DNA from: Octopus sinensis
Taxonomy: Eukaryota
Direction: 5' to 3'
Assembly: GCF_006345805.1 (NCBI RefSeq)
Contig: NC_043008.1
Span: forward strand, 16,678,001 to 16,742,000
Length of the DNA: 64,000 nucleotides
Shown: positions 25,032 to 40,182 of the stretch, in pieces
How the letters are laid out: each line of letters begins with the position of its first letter
Numbering within the stretch: the first letter of the stretch is position 1
Made by a program: the position numbers and the translations under genes
The notes under the pieces: generated by a model
Seen by the model: only the letters and a program-made list of their open reading frames with translations
Databases searched by the model: none
What the model was told of the DNA's origin: nothing

Positions 25032-26028
25032 TATATATATATATATTGTCCCATGAGTATTTAGAATTGAACTGTAATTAAAACTTGGCAAGCGAATTTT
25101 GGAAATTTACTGTTTAATGTCCGGTCGTGTTTCTATTGTTTCCTTCGTTTAAAGATTTATGATAATTAAATATTTTGACAATCATTTATTTTATTTCGAA
25201 GCAAAACTTGCATTTCTTTGCTGCATCTTTTTGATATATTTATTACGTAATTATTGATTTCTTAAAGTCATTTATTATTTATTCATTTATTTATTTATAT
25301 ATTTTAATTATCGAATTTCCCATCTAAAACTATTTTAGCCTCAAGTTTAGAAAAGGATGTGCTCCTAATTATAAGGAATTTAAAATCAAAAGCTAACTGG
25401 AATTATACGCGAAAAAAAAAGCTAATGATAAACAATAGAAATTAATAAAGAGGATGAAAGCTTTTTCAATGCAAATAGTGATTTAAATAAGGGAAATATC
25501 ATTAGTTTTCTTAATAATGTACAATTATAATAATTATCAGCACTGTAAGCAGGGCCTTGTCTTTATACACTTAAGAAATCACTGATGTTATTTTGTTTAG
25601 CAATTTTAATGAGTTAAAAGAATTGCGTACGCAGCATGGTCCTTAAGCATTTTAATTATAATATAAAATACGTGGGTGTTTTTTAAATACTTAGTCACAC
25701 GCATGTTTAGGTTTGCTCACACGACATTAAACACGCATGATTTCTATCTATACAGATCTGTAGGAATCTGTAGATCATTTCGTAACTGCAGTGGTACAAA
25801 GATGAAATGTTTCAAATTTTGTGTTTGCAGTGAAGGCGCCTATTTTATTCTAACTAACACCCAAAATGCATTAAACGTATACACAATATTAAGCACCGAT
25901 CAAGTAGCCCCACGATATCTAACATTCAAAACAATAAATGGCTTCCAATAAAAAATGACAAAAAACACAAACGCTAAACTAATCAGTCAATAGTAACACT
26001 ATTGAGTTGTAAATATTTTGTGGTTAAG

Positions 26029-26427
26029 ATGGCTGTGTGGTAAGTAGCTTGCTAACCAACCACATGGTTCCGGGTTCAGTCCCACTGCGTGGTACCTTGG
26101 GCAAGTGTCTTCTGGAATAGCCCCGGGCCGACCAATGCCTTGTGAGTGGATTTGGTAGACGGAAACTGAAAGAAGCCTGTCGTATATATGTATATATATA
26201 TATGTGTGTGTATGTGTTTGTGTGTCTGTGTTTATCCCCCTAGCATTGCTTGACAACCGATGCTGGTGTGTTTACATCCCTGTCACTTAGCGGTTCGGCA
26301 AAAGAGACCGATATAATAAGTACTGGGCTTACAAAGAATAAGTCCCGGGGTCGATTTGCTCGACTAAAGGCGCTGCTCCAGCATGGCCGCAGTCAAATGA
26401 CTGAAAAAAGTAAAAGAGTAAAAGAGT
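26029..26427 (+). mobile_element. Family-A CORE-type SINE, full length, with internal (TA)n(TG)n
   Basis: tRNA-like head 'ggctgtgtggtaagtagcttgc...gggttcagtcccactgcg', CORE-like 'accttgggcaagtgtctt', internal microsatellite and (GTAAAAGA)n tail. Confidence 0.9.
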
Positions 26428-26771
26428 AATCCTTTATCAATCTTTTACAGTGTAACTTATCAAAGTGTGGAACACTGCTTGACGTTTATTACGATAATCA
26501 AAATAGAACTTTTTATTTTATAACTAAAAGGAAAGGTATATATAATTGAGAAACAAACACTTTTGAATGTCATAGTCCACCCGACCTGACAGCAACAAAT
26601 ACATTGATGGAAACACATTCTAAAAATTCTGTATCGGGAAATATACAATCTATTATCTATTACAAAGGACAATTTTAAAATATTTTATATAGTAAAGATC
26701 TTCACGATGTATTTCCAGATATTCAGTATTCAATAATTCAACATTCAATATTCATTTTATGATCAAATAGC

Positions 26772-26820
<49 letters not shown>

Positions 26821-26909
26821 CATTTATATATGTATATATATATATATATATATAATATATATATATTATATATATATATATATATATTCATATATATTTG
26901 TATATACAT

Positions 26910-26988
<79 letters not shown>

Positions 26989-29900
26989 CTTATAACAAAT
27001 ATATGCGAAACAAGACAACATATGTATCTCATCCATTCCTACGAGAGATACGAGATTTGAAAAGAAATGTTAGTAGTGACGTTAAGAGCAGTATTTTCCC
27101 CACATTTTAATGTATATGCACGAAATATTCTCGAATCCAAATGGCTTCTGATATCTCAGAAAATGATAATCTCGATGCAACATTACATATGTATTGTTAT
27201 TTTAGAAATAATAATATGATTCTCTTTCAGATCGGAACTTCTGTATTGTTTCAGTTATCTGATTTGAATATTCGAAGAGTAAATAGTTCGTTGAAACATC
27301 ATCGGAGGAAAATGTGTCACGAGATCGAAAATGAGAAAATATATATATATATATACACAAAACACGTGCAGAAATCGATAACAACGCCAGTGATGACGAT
27401 GGTGATGATGATGATGATGATGATGATGTTGATAAATATTTGAAACTGAATGGCATTAGCAATAAACATCGCTTGTTTTCCTTTACAAGAAATGACAGTT
27501 ACGAATCGCATCCCCTCTACGTGAGCTAAAGAAGTACTTTAAGTGCAGTGAAGCGATGTCTTATAATAAGAAAATGACCGCTATGCAGAACGATTTCTTA
27601 CCTTAGGCATAAAGAGTTTGCACCTATGTTCAATGCATGTTAATGAATATTACTTATACAAATCAAAATACGTGTTTGTGAAGAATTGAATGCAGGTTTC
27701 TGTTGGCACATGTTATGTTCCACTTTTCGAAGAGAGAAACTTATACAAGGAATTGTGAAGTTATATTGTGGTATGTATTGATTAAAGGCATCATGCTTCT
27801 TTCGCTGAAATTTTACTCAAACAAATTTCAATTAAGCATGATGCAATCAGTATTATGTGCAAGGGAATTCTATTTGACAAATTACTGAAGATTACTGGAC
27901 CTTATTTCCTAACATATTTATAACGCTGCATCCCCTAAGTCCATCCCCTCACCGTGGTGGGGACGCTGGCAACAAGTAGTGTCAGAGCTATGTTGTCTGG
28001 AATTTCGGTTCCTGGAATTGCTGTTTGTAACCAGAATTCGACTGAAACAACCTGATAACACGTTGTTTTTGTTTTCGTTTATAATTTTGCCACAAAATAC
28101 GCATGAATTATTTGGCATTGAGTGGCGTAACCCATGGAGTTTTGCAAGCAAGATAGACAGAAGTTATACATTATGAAACTCTCTGTTGGATGTCTGTCAA
28201 TTTATCGATTATCTACGCTGCGACTTTCTTGCACAGTGGTATTTTTTCAAAATCTATATAACACTTCTTTAGAAGCTTTGAAATATATATTGAATTCTCA
28301 CACTGAAGAAAAGCAAGTTGAGCTTATGTACCTAAGATATTGACACTTTTTTATTATTATTTTTACGTTTTCATATGTATGGTTTCAAATATGCCTGCTT
28401 TTCCTTTAGGCTAACTTACAATTTATACGTTGATCGTATTTTTTAAAAAATACTGTATGGAAACTGGAATCTATTGGCAGTTTAATGCTGAAGCTAACAT
28501 ATTCGTTGTGTGTTGGATAAAAGCAGACAAAAAGTTTTACAATCGATGATCGATATATATTTGCTATTAAAGGTTGTTTTATAACAAGAATACAAACCCC
28601 AAACAAGAACAGCAGCAACAACAACGGTAAAAATGACAACAACTACCAGAATTCCGATATGTAAGATAAAAGACATTGGACGGTAGCTCCATTATCTTTT
28701 CATGATGCAATATTAATGAAAGTGACATTTTTTATGTTGGCTTTCAGAGCAATTTTAATAGAAAGATTGAATGTTCAATATTTCATGCTGAGCATATGAA
28801 TGTTTTCTAGAGACAAAACTATCTCATGGATCTCGGTAAATGTAGGGCAATTATGTCCGGACATGTTGGTAAATATGTAAGCATAGAATGAATTCATCTC
28901 TATCTGTAAGCGAAACAATAGATAATGTTTTAACTCTTGTTCGCTGGAGTGATGTATTAATATTAAAAAAATAAAAATAAAAATAATGAAACATCACAAA
29001 ACAAATCACTTTCAACATCCATTGGGCGTAGAACATGATTTATCGATAGAACTATATGATACGATGTTTGAATCGATGTATATCTCACTCAAAGATACAA
29101 ATGCCGTAGCTACACGGATATGATGTATATTGCAAGTTGTATTTGTTTATCGTATTTATTAGAGTACGGAATTTATGGATAAACTAGTAATAGCCGCTAC
29201 GTTTATGACATTGAGAAATTGTATCGACAAAAGCGGTTTGGCCGAGAGATTGTATTTGTTATTGATATCTCATATCCCATTCGACGACGCTTATGATTTG
29301 CGGGGAAAAGTAAAAATGACATAACTCTCTCGAAACGTAATGAATAATCATGACCACCTTGATGGATATTTGTGACCACAAAATCGAGGCCATTGAAGCC
29401 TTATCTCGTTAATGCATGTGAAATAAATACAGACGTTATAGAAATGATAGGATGCTGTTATATCTTTATTATGTGGATGGAATTAAACGAAAGTGATAAG
29501 AGTGTGATATACGCAACAAGTTAATTTAAGTAAAACGTTGGTGATCGCTGTTGGCGAAGTTATGCAATGGATGTCGTATTCAATTCTATGGACTTTTCCA
29601 CACGTACAATAAAATAACTATAATTATAATATTCAAATATTAAAATTTATAGTTTGAATGAAATGTTAAAGCCGTACATAATATGACACACATCAATGAA
29701 GTACTTGTAGAAATTTCATAGACATGAAGCTTGGAATATTATTGCAAGACGAGGAATAATTATCATCTCATTCTTCAAGTTGAGATTCGGTTTTATAGCC
29801 TTAGATTTACAAAAGTAGTTCAGATAGACATTTTAATAAGTTGTACATGTTACCTGAATACAGTATTCAACGGGGTACATTGATGACAGAAGTTTCACAT

Positions 29901-32900
29901 ATAGACTCATATATCCATAACTATATTTTCATCAATTTATTTATTTATCTATACATACATGAGTGTGTGTGAACCTGTGTGTACCCAAGTAATGGTCTTG
30001 ATTTTGTAAATACGATACATCGTTTAGAGGAAGAGATAGATTTAATAAATCGAGAATTTATGTTGTATGGTATTTGATATACCTGTATTTGTGTCTGTTG
30101 TTCACATTCACACCACTGATAAATTTGAACTATTTCTCATAGTGTGTTTGAGAAAGTTTGCTTGTGTGTTTGAGAGAGAGATAGTGTGTGTATGTGTGTG
30201 TCTGCATTTTTGTGTCTGCATTCGTGTGCATGTGTATATGCATGTGCGTGTAACGTACAGCATACATATACGAGAATCACTAGCCAGAATTATTTTATAA
30301 TGAAAACAGAAGAATTGGTAAATAGATAACGAATGACTCTGAATAAGAGCAAGGATATTATTTTAAAAATTTCATATATTTTTCCCCTCACTTAATAGTG
30401 TTTCTCATGATTCAAAACATGAACTATTTGGAAATAGAATCCTTGAAACTTTTCAACGCACATATCTCAGACGAAGTCACCTGGATGTACCTGCTGCCCT
30501 ACCTAAGTTCAGTGACTCTCAGGTAGAGCATACACCACATAACTACAAACCCCAGCATTCCATTTCTGCAGAAACCAGAATCAATGGAAGAGATATACTG
30601 TGTTTCATCCGGGGCAGCCCATCTGTTTGCCTCCATATGTCTCCCCGGGGCCCTATGCAGTCTTATCTAACAGACCGAAAAGTGTGCTGCCCAAGCCGCA
30701 CCGCACCAAACCGACTCTTCCTAGCTACGCTATTGAGTATTGTACATCTCGGTTATCGTGTTTCATGCATTTCCTTGACTTTTGTATATTTTAGGCTTTT
30801 CTTCTAAGTACCTGCCCCATATTTTCCTCTCAAGATTCAATATATCTTAATTCACAGAATGCTTATTGCTTTTATTAAAGCAGACATTTTTACAAGGAAT
30901 GTTTGCTACCTATACGTTTCCTCTTTTCGAGTACAATATTGTTTAATGTGACGGTGGTTTTCTAATTCTGGGGCATTTTTGTCTTAGCACATCTGTAAGA
31001 ATACATGATAAATTTTATCATACCACCAGACACTCACTGAGAAAAATGTTTTGAATGCTGTCATATCATACTGATAGAAGCCGATTCAGTCTAGGGTTAG
31101 CATGTAAGGTTAGTCATGGATGGATTAATAATGTAGACCTCCCATAAGGAATCCAGTTAGCTTCGACCACACCATTTTCTATAACATACGTCACGCAAGC
31201 TTCCTCTGTCCCACTGCATATCTGCTGCTCATGTATTTTGTTCTGCGTTAGGTACAAGATCTTTCTGCTTAACGTTTAATTTCTTTTACTTGCTATAACC
31301 ATCCATGCAAGAAATGCATTTTTATGTCTTAGACTCAACGATTTCCAACACGCATCACAATTCTTTAATTTCAAGGATCACATCTATTGATCGATCAGCT
31401 TTTCTTACTCTCCGTTCTCTTCGTTTGAACACGACTGTTTTAGTTGCAAAAGCAAACTTTTCCACCGAAATCAGAAACATCATAACAACAGCGAGATCCT
31501 GTTACTTAACTCTCCTCCACAATAATATTAAAACCAGGTGGAGTTTCGCAGTAGCACTGTACAACCAAACTTCTTTAAAGTATGATGATAGCCGAAACCT
31601 CTTACGTAAGCATTTCCTCCGACTCACTTTGATTATTTCCCCTCATGCAGATACACGTATCTTTAAACTGAATTCATCGCATTTTAGCATCGTGGTCTGT
31701 GCTGCTGATCATGCGCAGACCAGCCAAGGAATTTCGAAATCAGATGTTCTAATTTTCTTATGAATATTAAATATTATGAAGCTTCGTTTGCTTCTCTGCA
31801 GGATAGAGTAAAACTCCTTAGCCTCTACTGTGACAAATCCTTGTTACTGAAAATCCTTGTTACAGAGTTCAAAGAGAGGGTCACTTTGGACTCTGTCTGC
31901 CTCACAAAACGTTACTGTTCATGCATATGATATGCTAAAAGTCAAGCAAGTTCTCAGGAACACAATAATCCAGATCATAAGTCATTAGATGTCAAGGAAG
32001 ACTTTAAAAGAGGTCAGATTCACCAATGAAATGTATGCTCTCAATGATTTTCTCGAGACTTTTCAAGTGCCTGATATATTTTGCCAAGAAGGATTTTTGC
32101 GACACTAAAAGTGTTACACACGCCTACAAGCTCTGTCATGCATATATATATATTATATATATATATATAATATTATATATATATATATATATATTATAAT
32201 TATATATATTATATATGTATTTGTATTTGTATATAAAAGGGGGTTGTATTTACACACGGATACACAGACACACAACACAGAGAGACACACACACATGTTT
32301 ATACATATAAGAAATATTATAGTTCTATTTGCCATTCATTGCTAAAAAAAGAAAATGATTATCTTCAAAGACATTTCCTTTCTACAGAACTGGCAACTTA
32401 AACAAAACGACCAAAAAGAAAAAAACAAAAACAAAGAACAAAAACCAATTCAAAATAAGTTAGTATCAAATCATAATAATAACAAAAGTGCTCTTTCTAC
32501 TTTAGTTACTTAATGTTTCTAATCAATATAAAATCTATTAGAATATGCATTATGAAATTGTACACAATACTACTATACACACAATTGCACGCAAATATAT
32601 AGTTAATATACCTCCTTATCTCAAATGATAGTCGCTGGATGGATCGATTTTCTACAGCGCAACAATAACATTGACAGAAATTGGAAATGGAAGCACAGCT
32701 AGTAGCTTCCTGTGCATTTTATCAAAATATAGTTTAGAATTATGCTTTGAAGTATCTAACTCACTTTAAAAATACAATCAGTGTCATTTATATTTCCAAC
32801 GTAAAAATGGAACGCTGATTATACGTAATAGAATATTAGATTCACATGGTGAAACAAATTGTCTTACATATATATAAAAATAACCTACACCAAACCTTCA

Positions 32901-33559
32901 GAATGCTCCTCGCTTTCATTCTGTATAGCGATATCTAACGCATACCGAGTCAGCTACTCCTCACATTCCGCGCGCTCTCATCCGTTCTTCCGCTTTCCTG
33001 ATATTTATATATGTGTATGCGGAACCTATGATTGATTGCGCTTGTGTTTGCGTGCGCATGAGCAAGTGTGTACGTGTATTAGTGCATGAGCAAGTGTGTG
33101 CATCAGCAAGTCTGTGCGTGTATGTCTGTGTGTGCGTGTCCGTGTGTGTGCGTTCATGCGTATGATAGTGTGTTAGTGCTTTTACTTTATCCAGATCTGT
33201 TTGATAGCATTCAGCATGTTCGTTAATGTCAATGAAGAAGCATGACCATACACATGTAAATACAAAGAAGCCCACACACAGGAATGCATAAACGTATGTG
33301 TGGTTGTATAAATGTGTGTGTTGTGTGTGTGTGTGTATGTGTGTGTGTATACATATATTGTATTGCATTTTAGTTTCATGTCAGATAAATCTCCAGGCGT
33401 GCTCACCATGTGTTGGAAATAGCGTCTATTTTTAGATGACGGCAAAGTATGTTACGTTTAGTACATTCTTTTTCATCCGTCAAATAGAGGGTAAAACTTA
33501 AACATGCAGCTACATTCATATGTGCTTATATACACACACACATGTACGGACTCACACAT

Positions 33560-33915
33560 GTGGCTAGGTGATCAGAAGCATGCTTTCCAACAACATGGCT
33601 GGAGGTTATCTTCTACTATAGCCTCGGCCCGACCAAAGCTGTGTGGCTGAATTTGGTCGACGGAAACTGAAAGACGCCCCTCATATATATGCATATATAT
33701 ATGTGTGTGTATTTGTGCCTGCGCTTTCCCCCCGCCCCACAGCTTGACAACCGGTGCTGGTGTGTTTACATCCCCGTAAGAGACCGATAGAATAAGTACC
33801 AGGCTTTCAAAGCATAAGTATTGGGGACGATACATCCTACTAAAAATTCTTCAAGGTGGTGCCCCAGCATGGTCGTTGTCAATTAATTGAATCATATAAC
33901 AGAATAAAGACAAAA
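33560..33915 (+). mobile_element. Diverged family-A SINE
   Basis: Colinear with 26029-26427, with deletions. Confidence 0.75.
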
Positions 33916-33972
33916 GATTGAGGTCGGTGTGTACTTCAAGACAGAAAGGGAAACGAATTAGAATATACTATA

Positions 33973-34137
33973 TACGACGGGCTTCTTTCAGTTTCCGTCT
34001 ACCAAATCCACTCACAAAGATTTGGTCGGCCCGTGGCTATAGTAGAAGACGCATGCCCAAGGTGCCACGCAGTGGGAATGAACCCGGAACCATGTGGTTG
34101 GTAAGCAAGCTACTTACAAATAGCCACTCCAGCGCCT
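33973..34137 (-). mobile_element. Family-A SINE 5' half
   Basis: Reverse complement of 26029-26185. Confidence 0.85.
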
Positions 34138-34265
34138 TGTATGCATAGATGCTGAGGAAACACACACCTACACACACACATCCACACACACGGACACATA
34201 CATACACAACCACACACATACATACATAATAACACAAATGTTCACGCATGCCTATGTTAGTAGTG

Positions 34266-34286
34266 TCAGTTTGCGTACGCCCGCGG
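34266..34286 (+). promoter_or_regulatory. Candidate transcription start and short non-coding first exon
   Basis: Inr-like TCAGTT, a CpG-rich 'gcgtacgcccgcgg' and a perfect G|GTAAGT donor at 34287. Confidence 0.25.
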
Positions 34287-35137
34287 GTAAGTGTTTGTGT
34301 GAGGTTACGGTCGCATCTGTAGGACGAAGTTAGATTTTCTTATTCATAAATTACAGTTCAATCAACCAAACCGATTACATATTGTATACTAGTATTTTGT
34401 GTAAACTGCCCAGAAAAGATACGCAAGAAATTCGGTTTTCATGCGATTTGAATTGAGAATCAAGAGATTTGAAAAGTAATACTGCGATGCATTTGGTCAG
34501 GCAATTTACCATCTCTGCATCAGCGCCGCCGCCGCTGCCACCATATTCATAACAGTCAAAGTAAATAAAAGATAAATGATGTTGTTTAGAACACTCTTAG
34601 AATATCTGACGTAGTAATTATTTTCTTTTCCATAATTTAATGAATATTCTTTAGAAATATAATACGGACATTAATATATAGTATTTTATGCTACTTTTTT
34701 TTCTTGTAGTTTGTTTGTGATTTTGTCATTTTCCTCTCTTTTGTCGTTTTTTTTCGTGTATTTATTTATTTATTTTTTCTCTTTTTTTTCAGAATTCGAA
34801 CAATGAATTGAAGATGAACAGAATCTTAGTTGAAAAGAATCTATTCTGACAATCCATTGATAATCATGTTGAATGAAGATTACAATTAAAAACGTTGTAT
34901 AAAAGCAAATGATACAGGGGGAATAAAGTGCAGAAACAATAGAAGAATTAACAGGATACTCGCCAGCATAATAGTGTCAGAATAATGATAAATATTTGAT
35001 TGAGACACTGTAGAATACAACACCAACGAAAAAAAAATGTAGCGGTAAAAAGTAAAAATATATTACGTTGGTAAAAATCCATAACACACTGGCACAAGCC
35101 ACATTGAAACCAACTCAGACGAACATATATCTTCGCC

Positions 35138-35166
35138 ATGGTTTGCGAATATCAAATTGCTTTCGA
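35138..35166 (+). CDS. Candidate first coding segment (MVCEYQIAF-) at the end of exon 34793-35166
   Basis: Very strong acceptor (long poly-Y + CAG at 34792), gccATGG Kozak context and GTAAGT donor at 35167; the protein is not recognised. Confidence 0.3.
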
Positions 35167-35527
35167 GTAAGTCCTTCTGTAAGTCAATGTGTTTGAATTC
35201 GCGTATTTGTGTATGTGTGTATTTGAGTATTTGTGTCTGTGTGATTAAATGTGTAGGTGAGAATTCACTAAGCATCATAGCTTGTATGTAGGAGCGTATA
35301 CGAGAGCAGTGTGGTATTCCATTGCTGTGAGACATATATAACCTAAGGAACAACACTTCTACTGTACGTTGAGTAATATTTTCCTATAATAAGCTATATG
35401 TGAATACAAACACTGTGGGCGAAACTAGGCGGTTATAGTAACCATGGATAAAGACAGGGAAGAAAAGTAACTTCCGACATTTTTAAGATTATTTTAGCCA
35501 TCAAGGTTAAGATATTGACGTGCACCG

Positions 35528-35578
<51 letters not shown>

Positions 35579-35716
35579 ATGTGTGTATGTGTGTATACAT
35601 ACATAAACACTTATATATATATGTATGTGTGTGTATACATACATATATACTTATATATATATGTATATATATATATATATGTATATATAAACATATGTAT
35701 GTATGTATCACCCTGG

Positions 35717-35765
<49 letters not shown>

Positions 35766-36517
35766 TATCATATATATATATATATACACACATATATATA
35801 TGCATACATATATGCATATTATATATATAATATGCATGTATGTATGTATGTATGTATGTATGTATGTGAGTGCTTTTATCAATGTCTCTGTTGGAAGAGA
35901 TAGAGTGAGAGAGAAAGAGAGACAGAGGCAGAGAGAGAGAGAGACAAAGGCGCAAAAAGGGTTTTATTTCTGGTAACAAAAACTGCTACTCTCTGACATT
36001 AGCCGCATTGTGTCATTTACAAGTTTCGAATACGCCCAAGGCTTACGAGTGAAAGGTCCTACATTTTATACAAACACACACACGCAAACGCAAACGCACA
36101 TACACACATGTACGACTATGTGCACTTGAGTTGGTGTAAGTATATGAGAGACGGAATGGAGGAAAGAGAAAGAAACAGAGACGGAAAGAATCAGTGTGAT
36201 CAAGCTGAAAAGATGATGTAAGATCCCAACACCTGCAAGCGCCCGAGTGTCTATTATCCGCTGTAGATATGTCATCTATTTGACTTCATTGCATTGAAAC
36301 TGCCATTCAAAATGGATTGTATATTGCAGAAACACAATTCAACTTCCTATAATTCTAATACTTACAATGCCATCCATCCATCCATATATATATATACATA
36401 CATACATCATATATATATAATATATATATATATATATTATAAATATAAATGTAAAAATATATACACATTTATATATTTCATATATGTACATATTTATATA
36501 TATATATTTATGTATAT

Positions 36518-36568
<51 letters not shown>

Positions 36569-36721
36569 ACTACATATTCATATTTGTATATACATATATA
36601 TAATATACATGTATAAATATAATATATATTTATAAAATTTACATTGTTCTGCATCTATCTCACTCTATTTTCTTTCAAATATACGTGTATATCTATCATC
36701 CTCTAAATACATGTATATATA

Positions 36722-36831
<110 letters not shown>

Positions 36832-37259
36832 TATATATATATATATATTTTTTTTTATATATATATATTATGTATGTATATATTGTATTATATATTAATA
36901 TAGAAATATATTATATACATTATATATATATATATATATATATACGTAAATACATACATATATATATATGTATGTGTATGTGTGAGTGTGTGTGTGTGTG
37001 TATGCATCTTTTATTTTTTTCCAAAGCAAAATACTCCAAAATAAATCAAATGAACAACGTTAATCCGTTTGTGATATTTTCATGGAAAAATGGACAAATA
37101 TAGATAGAATTCAAAGCATGTGCCAGGATTCTAATTCCTTTTCACCATACGTATGACTCTGTCCCGAGCACTAACAAGGTATTTCTATTGTTGTTATTCT
37201 CACTCTCCAGGAACTATGCGTCATACATGTAAACCTTATTATATGATTGATATACCGAG

Positions 37260-37935
37260 GAGGTGACAAGGACAAAGTTATAGAAGAGGAAACTGAGATA
37301 GAGGAGGGTGAACGGAAAGAGTCACAGATAAAAAATGAGGGAAGAAATGTAAAGGGGGGGCAGAAAGAGGAAGGATGGGGGAGGGGATGGAGGAAGATGA
37401 GATGAAGAAGAAGAAGAAGAAGACGAAGAAGAAGTAGAAGAGAAAAAGAAGAAAATGAAGAAAAAGAAAAAGAAGAAGTAGAAAGGTAGATGAAGTAGAC
37501 GAAAAAGAAGAAGAAGAAAAAGAAAGCGAAAACGAAGAAGACGAAGAAGAAGAAGAAGGAGAAGAAGAAAAGAAGAAGAAGAAGGAGAAGAAGAAAAGAA
37601 GAAGAAGGAGAAGAAGAAAAGAAGAAGAAGAAGGAGAAGAAGAAAAGAAGAAGAAGAAGGAGAAGAAAAGAAGAAGAAGAAGAAAAGAAGAAGAAGAAGA
37701 AGAAGAAGAAGTATAAGAAGAATACGAAGAACAAGAACAACGCCAACAAGTTGATTATGAACGGGAGGAGGAGGAGATGGAGAAAGATGAGATGAAGTAG
37801 AAAAAGAGGAGAAGAAGAAGAAGAAGACGAAGAAGAAGAAAAAAAAGAAGAAGAATAAGAAGAAGAAGAAGAGCAACAACAACAACAACAACAACAACGC
37901 CAACAATTTGATGACGATGAAGATTATGATGATGA
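37260..37935. repeat. Purine-rich (AAG)n/(GAG)n/(AAC)n compound microsatellite
   Basis: Directly visible; source of ORFs 37171-37749 and 37322-37906. Confidence 0.95.
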
Positions 37936-38709
37936 CGATACCCGAATTGAAAACGAAAGAAATTATTAGTTCTATAGAATTAAGCCTGGCAACTATTTTT
38001 CTTTATCTTTGCTTTACTCAAATAAGGTTGATTTGATACTCTCTTACCCCTTCTGATTTGCATACTCTCTACCACATCTACCCTGTGATTTTCGCCAAAA
38101 AAAGAAAGAAAATAAATTAACATAATCCAAGAATATATATTCAGAATATGTTTTGTTGCATTTTAAGTCAATGGTATTATGTTAATTCCTGCGAGGCATT
38201 TCTTTAGCTACCATTCTGTGCATGAATTTAATCTAAATCATTCATGTTGTTAAAAATAGCGCATTATAGTTAATTTCTTTAGGAATAAGATGACATTGTT
38301 CTTTTAGAATATAAAAAAAAAGTTAGTGCTTAATAAAAATATCAGTACGTCTGACTTGAACAAGTTCCAGCAAACTTGGGTCATCTAAGTATTCGAGGAA
38401 TCTTCACGAAAGTAATAGAGGATTCTTTTATAATTGAGATATTACCGTCTCCAAAGGGGCGAACATAAAGGATTCTGTTGTTCGACGTATACAATATTTG
38501 AGATATGGATAGGCTCCAACACGACGTGAAAAAGTATATACACTGGAAGAGTCTACAAGGACAACAAAAATATAGTTTATTTAATTCTGAAGGAAGATGA
38601 CATTTCATGTAATATATATTGTTGTATTATAAAGTACGAAAGATAAGAAAGGATCTCTGAATGGGGAATTATATGCCAAATATGCAACGCAGTGAAAAAT
38701 AGTAAAAAT

Positions 38710-38942
38710 GTTTCTTATATTTTATTTCTCAAGTGGGGCTAAACACAGAGGGGACAAAACAATCAAAGGGATTAAGTCGATTACATCGACCCCAGTGCGC
38801 AACTGGCACTTAATTTATCAACCCCGAAAGGATGAACGGCAAAATCGACCTGGGCGGAATTTGAACTCGGAACGTAACGACAGACGAAATACGGCTCCGC
38901 ATTTCGCCCGGCATGCTAACGTTTCGGCCAGCTCGCCGCCTT
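38710..38942 (-). mobile_element. Family-B SINE monomer
   Basis: Reverse complement of the head and body at 8112-8340. Confidence 0.85.
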
Positions 38943-39189
38943 ATATTAGCACTAATAGGAAATTAATATCTTGCTGGAAATAGATTAAGCCCTGAAATTA
39001 ATTTGAGTACACCTAATTAATAATCTAATATATTCTTCTCGTTAATAATTTTGCTGCTTTATTTACAACGTGTAAACAAGCCCTTCTAACACACTTCTAC
39101 AGTACATCTACTAAAGAAAAACATAACTTCTCAAGAATATATATTTATCATCGCAGGAGTCGTAACAAATTTGCTTCCCAACAATAAGT

Positions 39190-39422
39190 ATTTCCTTACT
39201 ACCCACAAGGGGCTAAACACAGAGGGGGGGGACAAACAAGGACAGACAAACGGATTAAGTCAATTATATCGACCCCAGTGTGTAACTGGTACAAATTTAA
39301 TCGACCCCGAAAGGATGAAAAGCAAAGTCGACCTCGGCGGAATTTGAATCTCAGAACGTAGCGGTAGACGAAATACTGCTAAGCATTTCGCCCGGTGTGC
39401 TAACGATTCTGCCAGCTCGCTT
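39190..39422 (-). mobile_element. Family-B SINE monomer
   Basis: Reverse complement of the head and body at 8112-8340. Confidence 0.85.
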
Positions 39423-39713
39423 CCCAACAATATGGGTTTCAGTTCAGTGGAACTGTGAAACATCTATGTCAAGTGTCTTCTACTGTATGGGGACCAATCA
39501 AAGCCTTGTGGGGGGCTATAGTGAACGGAAGCTGAAAGAAGCCCGTCTTCTGTCGGTTTTCTTTTCGGGGGTGGGCAGAGCTTCTAAATTACGGGTAGGC
39601 AAACAATTTAACATTGGTTAGTAAGCGGTGGTGACGGACACAAACACAAAGGAGTACCTGCATATATATATATATATATATACATATGTTTACATGTGTG
39701 CGTATATGTATAT

Positions 39714-40127
39714 AGGCGTAGGAGTGGCGTTGTGGTAAGGAGTTTGCTTACCAATCACATGGTTCCAGGATCAGTCCCACTGCGTGGCATCTTGGGCCAG
39801 TGGCTTCTACTATAACTCGGGCCGACCAAAGCCTTGTGAGTGGATTTGGTAGACGGAAACTAAAAAAAGGCCCGTCGTTTATATGTATATATATGTATGT
39901 GTGTGTATATATGTTTGTGGGTCTATGTTTGCCCCCCCCCCCAACATCGCTTGGCAACCGATGCTGGTGTGTTTCAGAACCCGTAACTTAGTAGTTTGGC
40001 AAAAGAGACCGATATAATATTACTAAGCTTACAAAGAAAGGTCCTGGGGTCGATTCGCTCGATAAAAGGTGGTGGTGCTGCAGCATGGCCACAGTCAAAT
40101 GACTGAAAGAAGTAAAAGAATAAAAGA

Positions 40128-40129
<2 letters not shown>
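39714..40129 (+). mobile_element. Family-A SINE, full length
   Basis: Colinear with 26029-26427; followed by (TA)n. Confidence 0.9.

Positions 40130-40182
<53 letters not shown>

Noticed and set aside
27141-27520. ORFs with poly-M/poly-D
   Set aside because: They are driven by a (GAT)n repeat and a TA run; splice signals are weak.
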